IMG/VR virus record: IMGVR_UViG_3300031949_000086
Coordinates: 1-41,199 of that record
Strand: one strand, 5' to 3'
DNA: 41,199 nt
Source: a virus
Lineage: Duplodnaviria > Caudoviricetes
Shown: positions 36,060-41,199 of the stretch, piece after piece
How the letters are laid out: every line of letters starts with the position of its first letter
Position numbering within the stretch: the stretch's first letter is position 1
The notes under the pieces: model-generated
What the model saw: only the letters and a program-made list of their open reading frames with translations
Told to the model about the DNA's origin: nothing
Database searches by the model: none
Made by a program: the position numbers and the translations under genes

Positions 36060-36300
36060 CCTTATTCTACCGCATGTCCACTTTTTGCATGTCCCCTTTG
36101 TTTTTGAGCCAAAAATAAGGGGGGGGCGGACATGGCGGACATGACCGTGTCCTAAATGCTCATTATTAAGCGAATAATAGGGGCAACCGGACATGACCAT
36201 GTCCGCCCTGTTTTTAAGCGAATAACCCATATTCGACCTCAATTAACTTTATTATTCGAATATAACCGCCACTTTCAAACAAGCGTTTGAATGTCCGCCT
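36060..36300. promoter_or_regulatory. dense protein-binding/recombination-site-like region
   Basis: Multiple GGACAT/ATGTCC boxes, 12-bp inverted repeat, 2x TAAGCGAATAA. Confidence 0.55.
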
Positions 36301-36418
36301 ATTTTTTTGTTGTGGTTTTATGTGTGATTTGTCATAGATAGAACTCTTTAAAACACCACGACTTATGAATATATCTTGAAATAAAGTCATCATTACTCTA
36401 CAAAAGGTTGACTTTGAT

Positions 36419-37123
36419 TTAAAAAAACTCGTCATAATTGCGGTCTAATTGCTTCCCCATCCCATTCGTTTGCCCCTTAATAAAGTGCAGGTATTTAACG
36501 GTAGTTTCCAGGCTCGAATGCCCCATTAGATTTTGTAACGCATATATATCAACCCCGGCTCCTCCTTCGTCCTTTGGTTTTAACGCATTCACCGCAAAGG
36601 TGTGCCTAAACATGTGCGGGTGAATCGCCTTAGTAATACCGATAGCATGAGCTAAACTTCTTATCGTCCTGTATAGTGACACTGAAACTCGGGTTCTGCC
36701 CTTGATTGTCTGCAGGTATGAACGCCGCCGTGAACTGTAAAATACGGGCCTGTTTATGTCCCCACGGCGAATGTGACGCGGCAGAGTCTTGGGTCTTACC
36801 TCACGTATATATTTATCAATCTTTTTAGCCAAGCGTGGACTGACCGGTACGGTCCTATCCCTTTTGCCTTTCCCCATATAAACTTCAATTACGTCTTCCG
36901 CTAAGACAGTGGGTGTGTCTTTCACCCGTAATTTAATTAACTCCTGAATACGCAGACCTGTATTAAGCAGAATTTCACACATCAGGTAAATTCGTTTGCC
37001 CGCAAGCGTATCGGAATGCTTTCTTAAATAGACCATAAGTCGCCGCTCTTCGTTAGAATTCAAGAGCTTACTGAAACTGATTATGTCCTTGCGATGACGA
37101 GGTCCTGTTTGAGGGTATCTCAT
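36419..37123 (-). CDS. second tyrosine recombinase, catalytic domain only
   Basis: TGLRIQE, GKGKR, HMFRH, MGHS, VKYLH; 234 aa, no N-terminal core-binding domain. Confidence 0.92.
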   Translation of the reverse strand: MRYPQTGPRHRKDIISFSKLLNSNEERRLMVYLRKHSDTLAGKRIYLMCEILLNTGLRIQELIKLRVKDTPTVLAEDVIEVYMGKGKRDRTVPVSPRLAKKIDKYIREVRPKTLPRHIRRGDINRPVFYSSRRRSYLQTIKGRTRVSVSLYRTIRSLAHAIGITKAIHPHMFRHTFAVNALKPKDEGGAGVDIYALQNLMGHSSLETTVKYLHFIKGQTNGMGKQLDRNYDEFF

Positions 37124-37332
37124 TGTTCCGTCCCCGGCAGGTCCGGCTGCTCAGCTTCGAATGCGAACTTAACGACCTCTTTGTCTTTCTGCTTCGGCTT
37201 GGTCAATCTTTTGAGCTGCTCCATTGAGCAGCTCGAGGAGCAATTATCAAACACAAACCTAATCCCGCCGGTTTTTAATGTTGCACTTGTCAAATATCCT
37301 TCCCCTGTGATTTTTTTAGTCGCCGCTGCCAT
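37120..37332 (-). CDS. hypothetical protein
   Basis: AAGGAG RBS; ATGA overlap with the recombinase. Confidence 0.7.
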   Translation of the reverse strand: MAAATKKITGEGYLTSATLKTGGIRFVFDNCSSSCSMEQLKRLTKPKQKDKEVVKFAFEAEQPDLPGTEQ

Positions 37333-37344
37333 TTGTATCTCCTT

Positions 37345-37680
37345 TTAATTTTTGCGAATCAGTTTTTTGAGCTTTTTCTCCGGGATGCTTTTGATGAAGT
37401 TATGCATTGCCGTATTTTCGTGCAGTAATCTGGAGAATTGTTTATTAGTTATTTTTGCTTCATCCTTTCGCCAGCTTCTTATGCCGTAAATAGCCAGGAA
37501 CAGGAACAATGTAAATGTGATTGACTGCGGCCATTCGTTGTGGCGTATATGGTGAATCGCCCACCAGGTGTTTGAGGCCATCCAGAAAACAAAGCCATAC
37601 CACTTGCTCCTGATATTGAAAAATGCCCCAGTCAACGCTACGCCCACGGCACACCAGTTTACAATTGTGACGAAATCCAT
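37345..37680 (-). CDS. PnuC-like small 3-TM membrane protein
   Basis: GFVFWMASNTWW...LAIYGIRSW pattern; GAGGAG RBS. Confidence 0.7.
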   Translation of the reverse strand: MDFVTIVNWCAVGVALTGAFFNIRSKWYGFVFWMASNTWWAIHHIRHNEWPQSITFTLFLFLAIYGIRSWRKDEAKITNKQFSRLLHENTAMHNFIKSIPEKKLKKLIRKN

Positions 37681-37712
37681 TCCGCTATGTCTCCTCGATT
37701 AAACATTAATTA

Positions 37713-38012
37713 TTACGAGCAGCCCATTGAATTGCCGCAGTTGAAGCACTTATAACAGGTGCCGTTGCGAACTGTAATCGCCCCGCAAATATCGCAGGCA
37801 GGAGCGTCCTCCTGAAAATGCTCAAACTGAGTGCTGAACTGCTGCGTAACGGTGGCCTCGGCTAAACCGCTATTATTTAGAATTGCCGACTGTTTATCAT
37901 ACAAACAACTTTTTACCTGACATCCCCAATGCGGATCCCAGGCCGTACAGGGATGGTTCCGACGAGGACACGGATTGTCCCTGTCCATAAGCCCTTCCTG
38001 TTCTTTGTCCAT
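37713..38012 (-). CDS. Cys-rich protein ending in an NrdJ-type C-terminal zinc ribbon
   Basis: QEDAPACDICGAITVRNGTCYKCFNCGNSMGCS. Confidence 0.7.
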   Translation of the reverse strand: MDKEQEGLMDRDNPCPRRNHPCTAWDPHWGCQVKSCLYDKQSAILNNSGLAEATVTQQFSTQFEHFQEDAPACDICGAITVRNGTCYKCFNCGNSMGCS

Positions 38013-38151
38013 TTTTTGTCTCTCAAAAGGCAGGGCGGCCGGTTCGCCGGTCTTCATCCCGGCCGGGCATCCATTGCCGGAACCGGCCGCCCGTTCCAAA
38101 GGTGCCGTTCACGCGTCCCTGCGCCTTGGCGAGCCTCAGTTGGTTTTAATA

Positions 38152-38343
38152 TTACGGGGTTTCGGCTGCCGTTGCGTTGTCCCAGTTAGCAACCGACTGA
38201 TTTACTTGCTCATTAGCAGCATCTATGTCGGCCTGAGTAATTTGTTCGCCGGCCTGCACCCGCTTGGCAATGGCCGCAAGCTGCTCGGCCAAAACCCCGA
38301 CTTGAACGGCCATTTTCAGGACCAGCAAAACTGATTCAGACAT
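38152..38343 (-). CDS. small helical hypothetical protein
   Basis: GAAAGGAAGG RBS. Confidence 0.7.
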   Translation of the reverse strand: MSESVLLVLKMAVQVGVLAEQLAAIAKRVQAGEQITQADIDAANEQVNQSVANWDNATAAETP

Positions 38344-38388
38344 TTTTCAGACCTTCCTTTCGTTAAAAGTTTTATTGTTTTTGTGAGT

Positions 38389-38934
38389 TTACTTTTTCGA
38401 CGCCTGATATCTGATAAGCTCGTCGAGATACGCGTTAAACGCCGCGATGATATCCGGCCGCGGCTGGCCCGCCTTGTTCGCTTCGTACCACTGGTCGAGA
38501 TACGTCTTGGCCTGATGAATTGCCAAACTGATTTGTGTCGTTTCTTCCGGCGTAAATTCCCCCGCCTGCTGCAAGGTAGTCAAATTGTCAACGGTAGCGA
38601 TAAATATCTTTTGACTTGCAAGGAGCTGGGCGTTCGGATCTGAACACCCGCCAATCACCATCAGCGACAACAACACCATCAAAAACATCGTTACCCCGTT
38701 TTTGATGTCTTTGCTCCAGTCGTAAACTTTATTGCAAGCTGCCCCCGTTAATATTCCCACGAGCAGCCACTGTGGGAGCTGCAGGAAATACGCCGCCGCA
38801 GTTGACACCCCGATGCACAATAGCGGACATACCCACCCCTTGTTATTTTCCACCCAGATGATTTTTTTCAGCCCCTGCATTATCAGGGGTAGAACGGCCA
38901 ACAAGGCCACCTGAATCATTACGTTCGCTTCCAT
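38389..38934 (-). CDS. holin-like multi-TM domain fused to a lipobox-containing helical domain
   Basis: QGLKK...PLLCIGVS...GILTGAACNKVYDWSK then MFLMVLLSLMVIGGC; AAGGAG RBS. Confidence 0.65.
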   Translation of the reverse strand: MEANVMIQVALLAVLPLIMQGLKKIIWVENNKGWVCPLLCIGVSTAAAYFLQLPQWLLVGILTGAACNKVYDWSKDIKNGVTMFLMVLLSLMVIGGCSDPNAQLLASQKIFIATVDNLTTLQQAGEFTPEETTQISLAIHQAKTYLDQWYEANKAGQPRPDIIAAFNAYLDELIRYQASKK

Positions 38935-39697
38935 AATCACTCCTTTCTTGTAATAATAATTTCTGTGGGGCAAACCCCGTTTCCTGTTTAATTTTTGAGA
39001 CGAACAGTGCCTTTGGCCTGTTCGCGTTCGATGCCTTTGCCTGCCTTGCCCACTCCACGGCGTCATTAAATATTGTCATCGGCAGCTCTCGCCGCTGACA
39101 TCGCAGAACTATGTGCCGCGTAATCCGTGCAAAGGTCTTCGCCTCGCGGTTGTTCGGATTGAAAATCACCCCGAGTTGTTTCATAAGAATATTGCGGGCA
39201 TCCGCTATCTGCAAATCCAACCCCAATATTTCTTCGGGAGAGATTTTCAATTGGTTTGTTTTATCTGTATTAACATCTATTGGTATTGGATTTGTTAGTG
39301 TATCTGGTATTGGTTGGTCATTTCTGGCAATTCGATTTGCCCTTTTTGACAAATCCTTTTGCCCGTTTTGACAATTCGATTTGTCAATTTTGACAAATCG
39401 CTTTTCATCTATAAAAGCATACCATGTTGTATGATCATATCCCCTGGGGTTATAATTGCCTTTCATTATTATTTTCTTTTTAAGCAGCTTATCCAGAATG
39501 ACCCGTATTTGCCGGGGGCTCCAATAAGGGAATATCTCCGTAAGCGCTTGAACTGAACAATAGGTCCAGGTCTTGCTGTCATATAAATGTTTGTTATTGG
39601 TTTTGTTTTTTATTATCCAAAACTGAAAATGCCGAATTATAATGGCGGCATTCACCCCGTATTTTTTCGCAATATCTATATCAAAAAGATGTTCCAT
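38843..39697 (-). CDS. phage replication initiator (N-terminal wHTH)
   Basis: FDIDIAKKYGVNAAII...WTYCS...FPYWS...GNYN...TTWY. Confidence 0.8.
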   Translation of the reverse strand: MEHLFDIDIAKKYGVNAAIIIRHFQFWIIKNKTNNKHLYDSKTWTYCSVQALTEIFPYWSPRQIRVILDKLLKKKIIMKGNYNPRGYDHTTWYAFIDEKRFVKIDKSNCQNGQKDLSKRANRIARNDQPIPDTLTNPIPIDVNTDKTNQLKISPEEILGLDLQIADARNILMKQLGVIFNPNNREAKTFARITRHIVLRCQRRELPMTIFNDAVEWARQAKASNANRPKALFVSKIKQETGFAPQKLLLQERSDYGSERNDSGGLVGRSTPDNAGAEKNHLGGK

Positions 39698-40219
39698 CTA
39701 TGCCTCGTATAATAAAAGCTGGCCCGTAGGTCGTGTTGTTTTACGATTTCCTTCCTGCTCATATTCACGAAGTCGTCCCAGAATTTGCTTGCCTATTTCG
39801 TTTTTAATCTGCTGCCCTCTCTGGTGCATCTCGAACCGCTCCCTTGGTGTCGGCGGCAGAACGATGTCCTCTTTCTCGACCTTAACCCATCCGAAATCCT
39901 CCAGTCTTCGCTTGTCCCCCCGGACCCTCCACATGTGGACCGCATGATGGTTCGGCTTTTTATAAATGCCGAGGTCTTCGACGATGTCGTATTTATTGAC
40001 CAAAGCATATCGCCTGCCCGTCACGGAGTTGATTGTCCATTTGTGTTTTTGGTATTTTAATTTTAATGTCGCCTGCTCTTTTTGATTAAGCGCTTCGAGA
40101 AGCCGCGTATCGCAGGCAGGCCCGATTTCCTCGATAACGGCAAGGACCGCCGACTCCGCCGGCTCAATCCTTTTTTTTATCTCCGCCATCGCCATTATGC
40201 TCGTATCTCGCACCGACAT
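39698..40219 (-). CDS. wHTH-like hypothetical protein
   Basis: WTINSVTGRRYAL motif seen in phage HTH proteins; start after the stop of the 40221 ORF. Confidence 0.6.
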   Translation of the reverse strand: MSVRDTSIMAMAEIKKRIEPAESAVLAVIEEIGPACDTRLLEALNQKEQATLKLKYQKHKWTINSVTGRRYALVNKYDIVEDLGIYKKPNHHAVHMWRVRGDKRRLEDFGWVKVEKEDIVLPPTPRERFEMHQRGQQIKNEIGKQILGRLREYEQEGNRKTTRPTGQLLLYEA

Positions 40220-40220
40220 A

Positions 40221-40439
40221 TCAGTTCCTGTTATGCCATTGTGTGCAGCAGAAATCGACAAACCGCTGCCGGCATTTATCTATTTGGGAATCGGAAAGTT
40301 GCAGGCCCTCATTAATGGCATTTATATACATCAAATGCTCAACGACATCTTTTTCGCTAAGCCGTGTTATTCGTAGAGGTATATAATCCAGCCCTTGAAA
40401 AAAACACCGTTGCGATTTAAGAGGTTCATTGATTTGCAA
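40221..40439 (-). CDS. hypothetical protein
   Basis: AAGGAGGT RBS before TTG. Confidence 0.65.
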   Translation of the reverse strand: MQINEPLKSQRCFFQGLDYIPLRITRLSEKDVVEHLMYINAINEGLQLSDSQIDKCRQRFVDFCCTQWHNRN

Positions 40440-40473
40440 AATAGACCTCCTTGTCTAAAGGTCAATCCGTTAT

Positions 40474-40878
40474 TTATCCTTTGAATTTTTCATACCAAAA
40501 CAGGACATTTCGCTTCCAGTTTCGATTCCCTTCAGGGTCTGTTTCGGCAGGGCAATAGCGATTGCCGAGGAACGTTATAAAGTCATACGAATACCCGCCT
40601 TCTGCATATCTTTGTCGGTTCTTGACGATTGTCGCCGCCGCCCAGCCGGCTTGTGTATCAAGGTCGGTATCGATAGCTCGCGGGTGCATAATGCCGAATT
40701 CTCTGCCAGGTCCGCCATTTTCCGAAAGTCTTATAGCTAAAAGGATTATAAAATCATCTCCGCGACAATTATTTTGCTCAGCAGCGCGAACTATAATCGG
40801 CAGTTCTTTGTTCAGGTCCGGCTTGTTTTCTACCTGGATTTTGACCGCCCCTGAGCAATAAACATCCGGGCAGCTCAA
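40474..40878 (-). CDS. lysozyme-like/transglycosylase-fold protein (candidate endolysin)
   Basis: LLAIRLSENG (catalytic Glu after helix), FGIM, LGNRYCP...NWKRNV; start uncertain. Confidence 0.6.
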   Translation of the reverse strand: MSCPDVYCSGAVKIQVENKPDLNKELPIIVRAAEQNNCRGDDFIILLAIRLSENGGPGREFGIMHPRAIDTDLDTQAGWAAATIVKNRQRYAEGGYSYDFITFLGNRYCPAETDPEGNRNWKRNVLFWYEKFKG

Positions 40879-40916
40879 TGCTGCAATTAAAATACTCCCT
40901 ATAAAATTAACAGTTT

Positions 40917-41132
40917 TTATTTTCGGAATCTTTCAAAAGGCAAAAATGTTTTGCCCATGGTCGGGTGGGTCTTGATAAGATTATCTATTATCGCGCGGAG
41001 CGAAGTGTCAATACCAACAATCGCACTCGTACTGACGCGCGAGCAGGGAAATCCCGGCCTCAGTTTTTTAGTTCTTTGCAAGATATATCGCTTAACGTGT
41101 GATTTGCAAATTAAAGCATCATTCGGCGGCAT
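40917..41132 (-). CDS. putative histone-fold protein (short prokaryotic/phage type)
   Basis: LICKSHVKRYI (helix 1), RVS loop, helix 2, GKT loop; GAAAGG RBS. Confidence 0.65.
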   Translation of the reverse strand: MPPNDALICKSHVKRYILQRTKKLRPGFPCSRVSTSAIVGIDTSLRAIIDNLIKTHPTMGKTFLPFERFRK

Positions 41133-41199
41133 CGCGTTTCCTTTCGCTATTGGTAAAGTTAAACATTTTTTGCTTATTCAAATTCGCTATCTTGTCCAA

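Noticed and set aside
35859-36435. ORFs 35859-36242 and 36214-36435 as real genes
   Set aside because: No recognisable motifs or RBS; they run across the repeated-site region and are better explained as non-coding

Overview
The window looks like a complete or nearly complete ~41 kb temperate tailed phage genome, probably circularly permuted because no host housekeeping genes appear at either end. It is siphovirus-like, with no sheath or baseplate-J gene. The host is probably a Planctomycete (Phycisphaerae/Sedimentisphaerales-like), inferred only from the Zn-ribbon/TM moron and 'DPN'-rich secreted proteins. Almost all genes are on the minus strand. Early region: RHH regulator, atypical initiator-like tRNA-Met, histone-fold protein, lysozyme-like protein, replication initiator, holin-lipoprotein fusion and a second tyrosine recombinase. 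DNA-modification block: HNH, radical SAM, PD-(D/E)xK, Dam-like MTase, ParB, AP2 and ParB-MTase. Late region: lambda-type terminase and portal, Mu gpT-type capsid, and tail genes including a trypsin-like protease fused to a tail domain. The plus strand carries an integrase and two morons. The most striking non-gene signal is a layered repeat system of 7/8/9-mer microsatellites, REP-like palindromes and nested mini-hairpin modules. These sit in nearly every intergenic gap and are also inserted in frame into essential genes. All calls come from motif recognition by eye; no database searches were run.
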